A stretch of 64,000 nt of DNA from Candidatus Bathyarchaeia archaeon. Its GTDB lineage: Archaea > Thermoproteota > Bathyarchaeia > Bathyarchaeales > Bathycorpusculaceae. The stretch spans positions 109,403-173,402 of the forward strand of contig JBEKBM010000001.1 in NCBI GenBank assembly GCA_050015395.1, written 5' to 3'. Below are positions 29,222 to 39,656 of the stretch, in pieces. The notes below the pieces were generated by a model that was given only the letters and a program-made list of their open reading frames with translations, had not been told where the DNA came from and searched no databases. The translations under genes and the position numbers were made by a program. Position 1 is the stretch's first letter. Each line of letters begins with the position of its first letter.

Positions 29222-29461
29222 TTATTTTACTTTTGAGGGTTTACTAGGATTTATAGTAATGGCTTTTGATGGGCACAGGTTTACGCAGACGCCACATCGA
29301 GTGCATGACACAACATCAATCGCTTGTGGTTTTTTGTTTTTGCCCTCCTCTAAAACGCCCTGCGGACAAACGCCGACACAGATAAGCCCTGCGCAGGGAG
29401 TACATTTAGCGGTATCAATGATAATAAAGGATTTATGCTGCTTGCTCATGCGAATCAACAA
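29222..29461 (-). CDS. 2x[4Fe-4S] ferredoxin
   Basis: CTPCAGLICVGVCP and CTRCGVCVNLCP. Confidence 0.88.
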   Translation of the reverse strand: MLIRMSKQHKSFIIIDTAKCTPCAGLICVGVCPQGVLEEGKNKKPQAIDVVSCTRCGVCVNLCPSKAITINPSKPSKVK

Positions 29462-29510
29462 TTAAATAAGCGCCAAGAATATATTGTTTGCGCGCATCTG
29501 GTAAGAGAAT

Positions 29511-30395
29511 ATGAAAGTAGGCTTAGTCACCTATACCCCGGAAAAAGTCGAGGGCTTTGATCTTCACGTTTACTATTCAAAATGGGCAGATGGACAAGTT
29601 TTCCCAACAGCAAAAGGCATGCAGAATGACGTTACAGTGTTTTGTGATGCTAAAGCTATCAGGGAAGACCCAAGCATAGTTGCTGTCTCAAACAGTGGTC
29701 CAGCGCTACGCAAAAATAGGAGATCTAATTTGGCTTTTGATTTTGTTTGCCCAACAAACCCAGGGTACAGAACCAAAGTGTTAGACTACATTGAGAGCCT
29801 AAGCAAAGAAGACAGTATGGGCGTAACCTTGAACCTATACCACTTTCCTGACCAAGAATTCTGCGTATGCCCTAGATGCGTCGAGTTGTGGAAGCAGAGC
29901 GGCTTAAACTGGACTCAATGGAGAGCACAAACAACAACGAAATTTGTTCAAGAAGCCAGAGCACGAGTGAAGCAGACTTTTGCGGTTGAAATTTATCCTG
30001 ACCCAGTGCTTGCTAAAGAAAGATTCGGCTTAGACTTAAATGCGATAGCTGAATGTGTTGATTATTTCCATGTGCCGCTTTCGTCGAGAGATTATTTGAC
30101 TATGTACTGGGTTGACATGCTGGCAAGAGATTTTGCCGCGTCATTGAAGAAGCCTGTTGTTTTAGAATTAAGCGCCGAAATGCCAACCGACGAGAAAATG
30201 GATGCGCTACTGAAAACGGTGGCTTACGTTTCAAGGCACAAGCTAGATGCAGTGCTACTTTTAGTACATGACTCAGAGAATGCTAAACAGATCTGCAGGT
30301 TTGCTGTTCAAAACATTGACTTCCGAAATTGGCTTGAAAAATACAATTTTAATGAAATGAGCCGAATCGTCGATGATTGGGCTAAGATTTACTGA
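29511..30395 (+). CDS. Uncharacterised TIM-barrel-like protein with CxCxxC motif, paralog B
   Basis: VCPTNPGYR, HFPDQEFCVCPRC, WRAQTTTKF, PDPVLAKERFG. Confidence 0.75.
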   Translation: MKVGLVTYTPEKVEGFDLHVYYSKWADGQVFPTAKGMQNDVTVFCDAKAIREDPSIVAVSNSGPALRKNRRSNLAFDFVCPTNPGYRTKVLDYIESLSKEDSMGVTLNLYHFPDQEFCVCPRCVELWKQSGLNWTQWRAQTTTKFVQEARARVKQTFAVEIYPDPVLAKERFGLDLNAIAECVDYFHVPLSSRDYLTMYWVDMLARDFAASLKKPVVLELSAEMPTDEKMDALLKTVAYVSRHKLDAVLLLVHDSENAKQICRFAVQNIDFRNWLEKYNFNEMSRIVDDWAKIY

Positions 30396-31134
30396 GCTTT
30401 CTACGGTATTCTCTGAGCCGTCGCATGTCAAGATCCCGGGTTAATATGGAATCTTCAGGTGCGTCGGAGACTTCGCCAAGCATGCCCCATGGAGCAACAA
30501 TTGCGCTTCTTCCACCCCTCATGCTTGAGCACACGTTTCCAACTTTAAGCACAAACAAGCCATTGTCAGTGGAAACCTTCTCGGTTAAGGGGTGGCCTTT
30601 AACGCTTGGATGAGTGCCCATCGATGCAACGGGGAGAGAAATTATTTCAGCCCCTAAATTAGCAGTTTGTTTTACAAGGTCAGCGTCAAACATGTCAGCA
30701 CAAACCAAAAGCCCGATTTTACCAATTTCTGTGTTAACGACAACGGGTTTTGCGCCTTTGGCGACGCCAGCTTTAATTTCAGCTTGAATAGGGTTTATCT
30801 TTTTGTATTTGGCTAAAAGAGAACCGTTTTTCCACAAAGTGCTCGTATTGTAATATTTTCCGCTGTCTTCCTCAAGCACTGAACCGCCCAACAGGTAAAT
30901 ATTAGGTATTTCTTTAGAAATTTCAGCCAGAAAATCTAGCGTTTCTTTGCAGGTTTCCTTCGAAACACTTGATGCATCGGTGAAGTCTGCCATGCAGTTT
31001 GGAACTGTGAAATATTCTGGGAGAGCGATTAGGACTGGTTTTTGCTTAGCGGCTTTTTGGATTGCTATTTTGGCTGCTGTTATATTACCTTGTAGTGAGT
31101 CGCGTATTTTCATGTGGAGTAGGCTTGTTTTCAA
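30382..31134 (-). CDS. Carbon-nitrogen hydrolase (nitrilase superfamily)
   Basis: Catalytic triad E (LPEYF), K (YKKIN), C (LVCAD); GRSAIVAPWG. Confidence 0.88.
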   Translation of the reverse strand: MKTSLLHMKIRDSLQGNITAAKIAIQKAAKQKPVLIALPEYFTVPNCMADFTDASSVSKETCKETLDFLAEISKEIPNIYLLGGSVLEEDSGKYYNTSTLWKNGSLLAKYKKINPIQAEIKAGVAKGAKPVVVNTEIGKIGLLVCADMFDADLVKQTANLGAEIISLPVASMGTHPSVKGHPLTEKVSTDNGLFVLKVGNVCSSMRGGRSAIVAPWGMLGEVSDAPEDSILTRDLDMRRLREYRRKLSKS

Positions 31135-31355
31135 GGGATGAATCCTCCGAATGATTGTGTTATTGAGTTTCAGCTTTTAAGACTTTTAAATGTGGTGTTT
31201 TGATGCAGGCAGATTTTTGTGTAGTTGAAAATCTCGTCTGTTCAGTATTTTGCTCAGTTTCCTCACAGATGTTTATTATTTTTTTGCTTTTGTTTGCATA
31301 TGGAGAAACCTTAAATAGTGGATGGATGAAAAACAATGTATTACGAGGGAAAGAA

Positions 31356-32336
31356 ATGGCGCTAGACCCATCAGAATACAACAAACTTTTACCAGAAGTT
31401 AGAACTTTAGTAAGCAAAGTTGTTAAGAAAAATATGGCTGACGGCTTCTTGTTTTCAGCTGGAACAGACACTCAAATAATTGCTTATGAAGCAGTGAAGT
31501 ACAAACCTGACATTCCATGCCTCACTTTAGCTTTTAAGCATGGAAACCCAAAAGACGCCGAATACGTAAAGAAAATGGTTGCTCTCCTAAAGCTAAAGCA
31601 GGAAACGTACGAGTTCGGCAAAGAAGATGTACTCAAATATTACCCGAAAGTTGTGGAAGCACTCAAAAAATTTGACCCCATGGAAATCAGAAACAGCCTA
31701 CCCGTCTACATTGGCTTAACCATCTTTAAAGCTAAGGGAATAAAAAGCGTATTCACAGGCGACTCATTAGACGAGCTTTTCGGGTACCCATGGCAATTCC
31801 ACCTAACTGAAGCGGAATTCGCAAAGAAGCAGGAAGAAATGTGGGCAGAAATGGGCTTCTCATCGCTCCCCATGGCCGCGTCTCTTGGAGAGACCATATG
31901 CGCACCTTACATGGATCCATTGTTCATGAATTGGGCAAAGAAACTACCCATCAAATTCAAGATAAACATGTACAACGGAGTAAAATACAGCAAATGGATA
32001 CTTCGCAAAGCCTACGAAGATGTAATACCCAAAGACGTCATTTGGAGAACAAAAGCACCGCTTGAACAGGGAACAGGAACAGAAACTCTCAGAACATACT
32101 TCAACGACATGATTTCTGACAAGGATTTTGAAGCGAAAAAGAAGTCAATTAAAGAAAAAGACGACGTCGAAATCCCAGACAAAGAACAATTACTCTACTA
32201 CGAGCACTTCCGCAAGAAATTCGGCAAACCAAAAGACGTCTTTCCAGATAACGGTGGAATACAGTGTCCAAAATGCAAAAGCTACATTAAAACAAAAATC
32301 CAGTTCTGCAAGGTTTGCGGAGCTTACCCAATCTAA
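31356..32336 (+). CDS. Asparagine synthase-related protein (synthase domain only) with C-terminal zinc ribbon
   Basis: FSAGTDT PP-loop variant, TGDSLDELFGY, SKWILRKAY, WRTKAPLEQGTG, CPKC...CKVC. ATG at 31356 preferred. Confidence 0.8.
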   Translation: MALDPSEYNKLLPEVRTLVSKVVKKNMADGFLFSAGTDTQIIAYEAVKYKPDIPCLTLAFKHGNPKDAEYVKKMVALLKLKQETYEFGKEDVLKYYPKVVEALKKFDPMEIRNSLPVYIGLTIFKAKGIKSVFTGDSLDELFGYPWQFHLTEAEFAKKQEEMWAEMGFSSLPMAASLGETICAPYMDPLFMNWAKKLPIKFKINMYNGVKYSKWILRKAYEDVIPKDVIWRTKAPLEQGTGTETLRTYFNDMISDKDFEAKKKSIKEKDDVEIPDKEQLLYYEHFRKKFGKPKDVFPDNGGIQCPKCKSYIKTKIQFCKVCGAYPI

Positions 32337-32445
32337 AACTCCCTTTTTATTATTTTGTATTCCCGTGATTATCTCGGTATTTTTTGGGAAAGACTTAATT
32401 CCTTATTGTAGTATTTGTTTGGAAAATAACGAGAGGGCACAATAG

Positions 32446-33510
32446 TTGGCTAGTCTATCACAATTAAAGTGGGCAATGGCGACTTCTATTTTCTTAGCCG
32501 CGTTCATATTTGGTCTTCTCGTGTTTGCAATTGTTTTCTTCTTACAATTAGGTGTTTTTGCCGGTTTAGTTGTCGCCGTAGGCGGCACAGCACTCTTCAT
32601 ACTCTTTGAGTACGCAATAGGTCCATTTATGGTTAAAGCCTCAACAAAACTGCATTACCTAAAGCCCGGCGAGAACCCCTGGCTTGAAAAAACAGTTAAA
32701 GAATTAGCGGACAAAAGCGGTTTACCAATGCCCAAGTTAGCTGTAGTTCCAAATAATACGCCGAACGCGTTTACTTTTGGCAGATCCCAAAGCAGCGCCA
32801 CTTTAGCGGTGCATGACGGGCTTTTGAGGAGTTTGAAGGAAGATGAAATTAAAGGCGTAATAGCTCACGAGTTAGGTCACATTAAACATAAAGATTATAT
32901 TGTAATGACTGTTCTTTCCGCGCTGCCGTTAATTGCATACTTAATTGCAGAGGTTGCGTTGATAACAGGCGCGTTTAGCGGCGGCGGAGGAGGAGGCTCG
33001 GGAAGAGGAGGAAAAAACCAAGGCAATTCAGGTGCAATATTAATCATAATCGGGATAATCTCGTTTATAGTTTATATATTAACATTCTTGATTGTTATGA
33101 GGCTTAGTCGACTCCGCGAACATTTTGCTGATTCATACTCCGCTTACGTAACAGGTTCGCCTAGAGAATTGGAAAGTGCCTTGGCAAAAATCACTTATGG
33201 CTTATCCATCTCGCCCAAGCCACCGGAAGGAGCCAGAGCGTTCTATATTGCAGACCCAGCAACGGCGAAACAGGAAGTTAAGGAAATCATGGATAAAAAA
33301 GACCAGTACGACTTAGACAAAGATGGCGTTTTGGATGAGCGTGAGTTGGAATTAGCGATGGAGAGAGAATCCAAAAGTACATGGCACCAAATAAACAGCT
33401 TGTTTTCCACTCACCCTCCGACGTTTAAGCGCATTTTGCTTTTGCGAGAAATCGAACAGGAAATGGACACAGGAAAATACACCAGCGACAAAATGTACAC
33501 ACACGTCTAA
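32446..33510 (+). CDS. htpX: Zinc metalloprotease HtpX (M48) with EF-hand-like insert
   Basis: PNAFTFG, AHELGH, SRLREHFAD, FSTHPP; DLDKDGVLDERE. Confidence 0.9.
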   Translation: MASLSQLKWAMATSIFLAAFIFGLLVFAIVFFLQLGVFAGLVVAVGGTALFILFEYAIGPFMVKASTKLHYLKPGENPWLEKTVKELADKSGLPMPKLAVVPNNTPNAFTFGRSQSSATLAVHDGLLRSLKEDEIKGVIAHELGHIKHKDYIVMTVLSALPLIAYLIAEVALITGAFSGGGGGGSGRGGKNQGNSGAILIIIGIISFIVYILTFLIVMRLSRLREHFADSYSAYVTGSPRELESALAKITYGLSISPKPPEGARAFYIADPATAKQEVKEIMDKKDQYDLDKDGVLDERELELAMERESKSTWHQINSLFSTHPPTFKRILLLREIEQEMDTGKYTSDKMYTHV

Positions 33511-33606
33511 GAATCACGATTTTTAGGTTAAAAGTATTCAAACCTATGCGAAGACTAATATCTCTGCAAAAGCGATTTACTATAAAACTTCCCTGAGAGA
33601 ATATAA

Positions 33607-33810
33607 ATGAATTACTGTCCTGAATGCGGCGGAGAAATGCAGTACCTTATAGCCACCAAACACTACATCTGCAAAAGCTGCGGGTTATCAGTGACACAGC
33701 AAGAACTCATGGAACTGCGTGAAAAGAACAGGCCAAACGAAGAAACAGCGGAAGAAGAGAAAGAAAACCGCAGAAAAGAATACCTCAAATGGTGGCTTAG
33801 CAAGAAATAA
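33607..33810 (+). CDS. Small zinc-ribbon protein
   Basis: CPECGG...CKSCG, charged C-terminal helix ending EYLKWW. Confidence 0.7.
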   Translation: MNYCPECGGEMQYLIATKHYICKSCGLSVTQQELMELREKNRPNEETAEEEKENRRKEYLKWWLSKK

Positions 33811-33890
33811 AACTGGCATAGCCAAGCATTATACACGTTTAGTTAGCAAACACTATAAAACATATTTTTCTAATTACTTGGACCTATCGA

Positions 33891-34718
33891 GTGAAGGCTA
33901 TGACTGTAGACATGGAAATAATTTGCGCAGGCAACGAGTTACTAATAGGCAAGATACTTAATACAAACGCTCATTGGCTCGGTAAACAGGCAACAAATCT
34001 TGGAGCCAACGTTAAGCGAATAACAGTAGTACAGGATATTGTTGATGAAATCGCCAAGGTTATTTGCGAAGCCATTGAGCGAAAGCCACAGTTCATAATT
34101 ACTACTGGCGGGTTAGGGCCGACTTTTGACGATAAAACGTTAGAGGGCATAGCAAAAGCACTAAACCGCAAATTGGAAATCAACCAGAAAGCGTTAGCAA
34201 TGGTTAAGGAAAAATGCGAAGAATACGCCAGAAAAAGGCAGCTCTCAACAATAATTGAATTAACACCGCCAAGAGTCAAAATGGCAACCCTACCAGAAAA
34301 AACAGAACCAATCAACAACCCAATCGGCACTGCACCAGGAGTACACATAGATTTGGAAGGGACTGTTCTGTTTGCCCTGCCAGGTGTGCCTTCAGAGATG
34401 GAAGCGATTTTTACGGAAACTATAGCGCCTATGCTTAAACAAGCTGTGGGTGACAGGGTTTTTTGTGAAAAAAGCATGTTTCTGGATAACATAATGGAAT
34501 CGCATTTGGCGCCATTAATCGACAAAGTCATGAGTGCCAATAAGGGGGTTTATATAAAGTCTCATCCGATGGGTGTAGAAAATAAGCCGCATATCGAAAT
34601 TCACTTAACAGTTGCAGCCAAAGCCAAAGAAAGACCAATGGAAATGCTTGAGAAAGCCATGAGGCAACTTTCAATTTTGGTTGAGGAGAATGGTGGAAAA
34701 GCCATCGTCGAACAGTAA
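33891..34718 (+). CDS. CinA-like molybdopterin-binding domain protein
   Basis: GNELLIGKILNTNAHWL, TTGGLGPTFDDKT, NPIGTAPG, LPGVPSEM. Confidence 0.88.
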   Translation: MKAMTVDMEIICAGNELLIGKILNTNAHWLGKQATNLGANVKRITVVQDIVDEIAKVICEAIERKPQFIITTGGLGPTFDDKTLEGIAKALNRKLEINQKALAMVKEKCEEYARKRQLSTIIELTPPRVKMATLPEKTEPINNPIGTAPGVHIDLEGTVLFALPGVPSEMEAIFTETIAPMLKQAVGDRVFCEKSMFLDNIMESHLAPLIDKVMSANKGVYIKSHPMGVENKPHIEIHLTVAAKAKERPMEMLEKAMRQLSILVEENGGKAIVEQ

Positions 34719-35174
34719 CTATCAATGGCATGACTAAGTCCTTTTCCTCAAGAAACAGCCTACATGCATGTTGTAGGCGCATCAAAATATTCTTATTTTT
34801 TGCTTCATTAGAATTTTGAATAAGTTCTTGGCGATAATTGTAGTTTAACATTAGGAAAGCTTGAGGTTATGGGTTGATTCTCATGTTAGTTTTCAGCAGT
34901 GAAAATTTTAGGTCTAATCTACACAATAAGCAGGTGTTCTAGCGTTATTGTGCAGTTCGGAAACAAATTTTTCAGCGTGCAGGCAGAAGGGTCGGGTAAA
35001 TTTTGCTAGCGGAAATTAGTAGCTAAATTGGGAGGGAGGAGGATAGTATTTGTTAGTGAATTTCTCCATCAAATACGAGGGGATAACTTTCGGTTAGATA
35101 GATTCTCAAATAGTGTAATATGCTGATAACTGATAATGGAAGTATGAAAAAAATGAAAGTTAAAATGGGAGAGT

Positions 35175-36353
35175 TTATGCTTTTTTGGCTTTTTCTAGTT
35201 CTTTGCGAAGCACTTCTGCCATGTCGGTCTGTTCCCAGGTGAATTCTGGTTCTTCTCTTCCGAAGTGGCCGAACACCGCTGTTTTCTTGTATATTGGTCT
35301 TAGCAAGTTTAGTTGGTCAATGATTGCTTTAGGCCTCATGTCGAAATGCTTCTTCACTAACTCGAGAATTTGCTCATCCGGCAGTTTCCCAGTTTCATAA
35401 GTATTCACCAACACAGAGATTGGTTGCGCAACACCGATAGCGTAGGAAATTTGGATTTCACATTGGTCTGCCAACCCAGCGGCGACAATGTTTTTGGCGA
35501 TGTATCTTGCCATGTAACAGCCTGAACGGTCAACTTTTGATGGGTCTTTACCGCTGAAGCATCCGCCACCGTGGCTTCCAACTCCGCCGTAAGTGTCAAC
35601 GATGATTTTTCTGCCAGTTAATCCTGAATCTGCAAGTGTTCCGCCGATTACGAATCTGCCTGTGCCGTTAATGACGTATTTTATGTCTTCAGCTATCATA
35701 TTGGCAGGTATGACATTCTTGATTACTTTTTCAATAATATCTTTCTTTAAGGTTGCATCGTCGACTGTTCCGTTGTTTTGAGCAGCAATAACAACAGCTT
35801 TAACGCATTTTGGTTTGTAACCGTCATATTCCACTGTAACCTGAGACTTGCAGTCAGGACGCAGATAAGGCATAATTTTGGTTTTTCTGCATTCAGCTAA
35901 GCGTTTAACAAGTTTATGCGCCAGCATGATCGGCAAAGGCATAAGCTCCTTTGTCTCGCTGGTTGCGTAGCCGAAAACCATTCCTTGGTCACCAGCGCCC
36001 TGCTCGTGTCCTTTGGATTCGGTTACACCCATAGAAATGTCTGGAGACTGCGCAGTTAATGAAACCAAGATGCCGCATGTTTCCCAGTCTAAGCCATCCT
36101 TAGCATTGTCGAACCCTATTTCTTTTAAGGTCTGGCGGACAATTTTTGGGATATCAATATAGGTGCAAGTGGTTATTTGACCCGTAATCATTACGGTTCC
36201 CTGCATTACTAGGGTTTCGCAGTCAACGCGTGCTTTGGGGTCGTTGCAGAATATTGCGTCTAAAACGCTGTCGGATATTTGGTCTGCCACCTTGTCTGGG
36301 TGACCTTCTCCAACTGACTCAGAGGTGAACAAGTATTTTCCGTTTTTTTTCAT
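35175..36353 (-). CDS. metK: S-adenosylmethionine synthetase, bacterial/eukaryotic type
   Basis: [47 protein letters not shown]. Start at ATG 36353. Confidence 0.95.
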   Translation of the reverse strand: MKKNGKYLFTSESVGEGHPDKVADQISDSVLDAIFCNDPKARVDCETLVMQGTVMITGQITTCTYIDIPKIVRQTLKEIGFDNAKDGLDWETCGILVSLTAQSPDISMGVTESKGHEQGAGDQGMVFGYATSETKELMPLPIMLAHKLVKRLAECRKTKIMPYLRPDCKSQVTVEYDGYKPKCVKAVVIAAQNNGTVDDATLKKDIIEKVIKNVIPANMIAEDIKYVINGTGRFVIGGTLADSGLTGRKIIVDTYGGVGSHGGGCFSGKDPSKVDRSGCYMARYIAKNIVAAGLADQCEIQISYAIGVAQPISVLVNTYETGKLPDEQILELVKKHFDMRPKAIIDQLNLLRPIYKKTAVFGHFGREEPEFTWEQTDMAEVLRKELEKAKKA

Positions 36354-36506
36354 GGGAATCTTTCCGTTCAGGTTGCAATAAGGACATAAGTAACTTTGCG
36401 TTTTTCTTAAAAGGTTTTCTGTTAAAAATATTCCGCTAAGAAATATCAATAGGCATATACCTTCTTGCAAAAATGATTTTAACCCCCAAACAACACAGAC
36501 AGAAAG

Positions 36507-36893
36507 ATGAATGACATGAAGGCACCTGTATTTAGTGAGAAAGCGCCAAAACCGGTAGGTCCATACAGTCAAGCGGTGAAAGCAGGCAAATTCCTATTTG
36601 TCTCAGGGCAACTTGCAATTGATCCAAATGAAGACAAAATCGTTGCCAAAACCGTGACGCTGCAGACAAGACAGGTTATGGAGAACATAAAAGCCATCTT
36701 GGAAGCTGCAGGTTATGGTCTGAAAGATATTGTTCTTTCCAATGTGTATCTTTCTTCGATGGCCTTATTTGACGAGTTCAACAATGAATATGCTAAGTAC
36801 TTTGATGGAGAATTTCCTGCTCGCGCCACAGTCGGTGTAGAATTAAAGGCAGATGCGCTTGTTGAGGTTTCAGTTGTTGCTTACAAAGACTAA
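36507..36893 (+). CDS. ridA: RidA/YjgF family imine deaminase
   Basis: [30 protein letters not shown]. Confidence 0.92.
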   Translation: MNDMKAPVFSEKAPKPVGPYSQAVKAGKFLFVSGQLAIDPNEDKIVAKTVTLQTRQVMENIKAILEAAGYGLKDIVLSNVYLSSMALFDEFNNEYAKYFDGEFPARATVGVELKADALVEVSVVAYKD

Positions 36894-36958
36894 TCTGCAT
36901 CAATCTTTTTGGCAAATTATAAAAGCCTAACCAACGCTTAGTTAGAGCAGGGCAAAAT

Positions 36959-37585
36959 ATGGCTACATCGCTGAAAAAGTTGATACAAGAAATCGCTGGA
37001 AAAAAAGCTTCAGGACCATCAACCACCTTCACCGTATTCCATATTTTCTACGCTTTAGAGCTTATGGCGCAGAAACCTCTTGGCAGAAACAAACTGGCTA
37101 AGAAACTCAATGTTGGTGACGGAGCAGTACGCACAATAATAAGCAGACTTAGAAATGCCGGTTTAATTGAAACGTCCAAAGAAGGCTGCAGTTTAACAAA
37201 AAAAGGCTTAGACGTTTGGGGGCAATTTGAACAAGTTTTTCCTAAACGGGTCGAAATTCCAAAATCAGAATTGAATGGATCCGAATTTAATTTTGCTTTT
37301 TTGGTGAAAAACAGCGGGCAAAAAGTGGGGTCGGGGATTGATCAGAGGGATGCATCCATCATTGCTGGTGCACGTAAAGCTTTAGTTATTGTTTTCAAAG
37401 ATGGCCATTTGCGTATTGAATCAGTCAGTAACTCTATAGAGAAGGATTATCCGAAGGCAGCGACCCAAATTCTTAAGGAATTAACGCCTGAAGATAATGA
37501 TGTTATTATTGTCGCTGGTTCTGATTCAGCTTTGAGGGCTAAGCGTGGAGCCTTTGCAGCAAGCTGGTCACTGATTAGCGCTTAA
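36959..37585 (+). CDS. HTH-containing DUF4443-like protein
   Basis: LGRNKLAKKLNVGDGAVRTIISRL HTH; GIDQRDASIIAGA. Confidence 0.7.
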   Translation: MATSLKKLIQEIAGKKASGPSTTFTVFHIFYALELMAQKPLGRNKLAKKLNVGDGAVRTIISRLRNAGLIETSKEGCSLTKKGLDVWGQFEQVFPKRVEIPKSELNGSEFNFAFLVKNSGQKVGSGIDQRDASIIAGARKALVIVFKDGHLRIESVSNSIEKDYPKAATQILKELTPEDNDVIIVAGSDSALRAKRGAFAASWSLISA

Positions 37586-37588
37586 GCT

Positions 37589-38350
37589 TTAGGTTGTGTA
37601 TTTTTCTCCTTCGTTTAAGATTCGTTCAAGTGTTGTGTTAATGTTAGTCATGCCTTCGTTTGTTTTGGAGGAAAGGGGCATCAACAAAAATTTTAAGCCA
37701 AGCTTGTTGATGGCTTGCATCATGTTGCGGCTGAAGAGGCGTTTTGTGCCTTCAAGTTTCTCTTCAATCGCGTCCTCCAGTGCTCTAGTGTTCGCTGACC
37801 AAGTGACAATTGCCTGTGCATCCTTTTTTGGTATTAAATCAGTTTTTGAGAGAACATGCAACTGCGGCTGAAAGAACCTGTTGTAAACTGCGGCTGAAAG
37901 AAACATGTTTGAAACGTAGTTAAGCGGGTTGATTGAGAAAACGGCGTCAAAGAGGTAAATTAACGCTTTAGGCTCCTTTGTTAACTCATCAACTATGTAT
38001 GGTCCACTTGCTCTGAAAGCAAACAGCTCCATCTGCCCAGGAGTATCCACTAAGACGATGTCAGCGTGGGCTTCTTCGATGTCGCGGGTTAAATTTTCAA
38101 TTTCATCAGCGATTAAATCAGCCGCCATAATCAATGCACCGTTAGGTCCTAAACCATATTTTTCCATTAAATCGCCAACATCCACATAGTTGCGCACGTC
38201 AACATCCGGCGAATAAGGAAGTTTCAATGCACCAGGATCTAAATTGACAACGGCAACATCTTGCTTTGACATTTTTAGCCATTCACTGAAGGCTGCAGTG
38301 AAAAGGGATTTACCAGAACCAGCAGTTCCAATAATAAACGCGAGGGGCAC
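37589..38350 (-). CDS. GPN-loop GTPase
   Basis: GTAGSGKS, NLDPG, GLGPNGAL, DTPGQME, SKTD. Confidence 0.92.
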   Translation of the reverse strand: MPLAFIIGTAGSGKSLFTAAFSEWLKMSKQDVAVVNLDPGALKLPYSPDVDVRNYVDVGDLMEKYGLGPNGALIMAADLIADEIENLTRDIEEAHADIVLVDTPGQMELFAFRASGPYIVDELTKEPKALIYLFDAVFSINPLNYVSNMFLSAAVYNRFFQPQLHVLSKTDLIPKKDAQAIVTWSANTRALEDAIEEKLEGTKRLFSRNMMQAINKLGLKFLLMPLSSKTNEGMTNINTTLERILNEGEKYTT

Positions 38351-38636
38351 CTTTTTTTCTCTCCGCTTACGAGTGAATTACTCTAAAAGTAATAACCTTT
38401 CTGCTTATTATCAGTGGTTCTACAACTACGAAATAGTCTTCTGCCCCGTCTGCGGATTAGACCATCAAGTTATCAAGAAAACAACCACGTTATAGTCAAA
38501 TCTATCCAGTGTACATAAATCAAACACACAATCATCATTCTTTTGTCCTTTAAATCTCCAAGCATATCTCTAAAAATTAAACTGAGAATGGTGACATAGC
38601 ACAAGTTTTTAACTGCCAAAAGCTTCCTTAGATTTT

Positions 38637-39173
38637 ATGAAAGAACTGGAAGTCAAAATTTTAGAAGTCAACAGAATAAAGATTGAGGAAACCCTCACCA
38701 GCTTGGGCGCCAAAAAGGTTTTCGACGGCGACATTCAAACCTTGTTTTTTGACTTCAAAGATGGCACAATAATTAAAGCAAAAAACGTGTTACGCTTAAG
38801 GAAAGAACGAGATAAGACCGAATTAACATACAAAAAAGTTCACGTTACCCAAACAGCCAAACTGGCGGAAGAATATTCCGTTGAAGTTTCAAACTTGGAA
38901 GCAATGAAGAAAATCTTGGAAAACATAGGTCTATCCATAACCGAAAGTATGCAGAAACACAGAGTCAGTTATACGCTCGACCACGCACGCTTTGACATCG
39001 ACCGCTATGCTGGCAACTATGGATATATTCCTGAGTTTCTAGAAATAGAAGCTGAAAACATTGATTTAATCCACAAGTACGCTGCTCTTTTGGGTTTCAA
39101 AGCCAAAGATTGCTTGCCATGGTCAACTAACGAAGTGATCCAGCATTATTCTTTCAAAAAAGCTAAAGCGTAA
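38637..39173 (+). CDS. CYTH domain protein (class IV adenylate cyclase/triphosphate tunnel family)
   Basis: ELEVK (ExExK), LRLR, LTYK, KHR, FLEIE. Confidence 0.88.
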   Translation: MKELEVKILEVNRIKIEETLTSLGAKKVFDGDIQTLFFDFKDGTIIKAKNVLRLRKERDKTELTYKKVHVTQTAKLAEEYSVEVSNLEAMKKILENIGLSITESMQKHRVSYTLDHARFDIDRYAGNYGYIPEFLEIEAENIDLIHKYAALLGFKAKDCLPWSTNEVIQHYSFKKAKA

Positions 39174-39185
39174 GTTCGCGCTGTC

Positions 39186-39656
39186 CTACGGCGCAGACTT
39201 GACAGGTTGTTTACGAGCGGGACGAGATTTGGCAACTTTTGGGGCAACTTTCGACGTTGATTGAGAATTTACGGAGGTCTTCTTCGAGAAGTTCCACGCA
39301 GGGTATTCGCCATGTTCTTTCTTAAAGCTTTCCAGAAGCCCTTCTTGCGCTGCCTTCGGATTGTCACTTAACATCCAGCTGACCGCGACTTTTTCAATAT
39401 AACCGTCGTCAAGCAGCCTTGAACTGATTTTCTTAGTGGCTTTTCCGCCGTATCCAGCTAAGTATCCTCCAAAGATTCTTCTAGTTGGTTTCTTTGATCT
39501 ACCAATGTACAAAATATCGGAGGTGGGTTTTCCAGCAAGTGTGCTGTCAACTAAGACCAGAACGCTGGCCTTATTGAAAGGGAGACTGGAAAAGGGAAGC
39601 CCTTTTAAGGGAACGAAATCGGCAAAGCCGTTTTCTTTAAGAGTTAAAGAATTCAT
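39186..39656 (-). CDS. Hypothetical protein, weakly GIY-YIG-like
   Basis: DILYIGRS...RI and EHGEYPAWN; basic low-complexity tail. Confidence 0.55.
   Translation of the reverse strand: MNSLTLKENGFADFVPLKGLPFSSLPFNKASVLVLVDSTLAGKPTSDILYIGRSKKPTRRIFGGYLAGYGGKATKKISSRLLDDGYIEKVAVSWMLSDNPKAAQEGLLESFKKEHGEYPAWNFSKKTSVNSQSTSKVAPKVAKSRPARKQPVKSAP

Noticed and set aside
36354-36572. Long N-terminal extensions listed for metK, the B12 radical SAM (23739), the asparagine synthase (31200) and vapB (56973)
   Set aside because: The extensions cross AT-rich promoter regions or neighbouring genes and lack family similarity; downstream ATGs fit better.
38415-38515. Fragment YEIVFCPVCGLDHQV, resembling a small zinc-ribbon/LysW-like protein
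   Set aside because: No start codon and only one CxxC; at most a remnant.
38637-39173. Calling the CYTH protein a functional adenylate cyclase
   Set aside because: Most CYTH proteins are triphosphatases, and the polyphosphate context favours that; activity cannot be read from the sequence.
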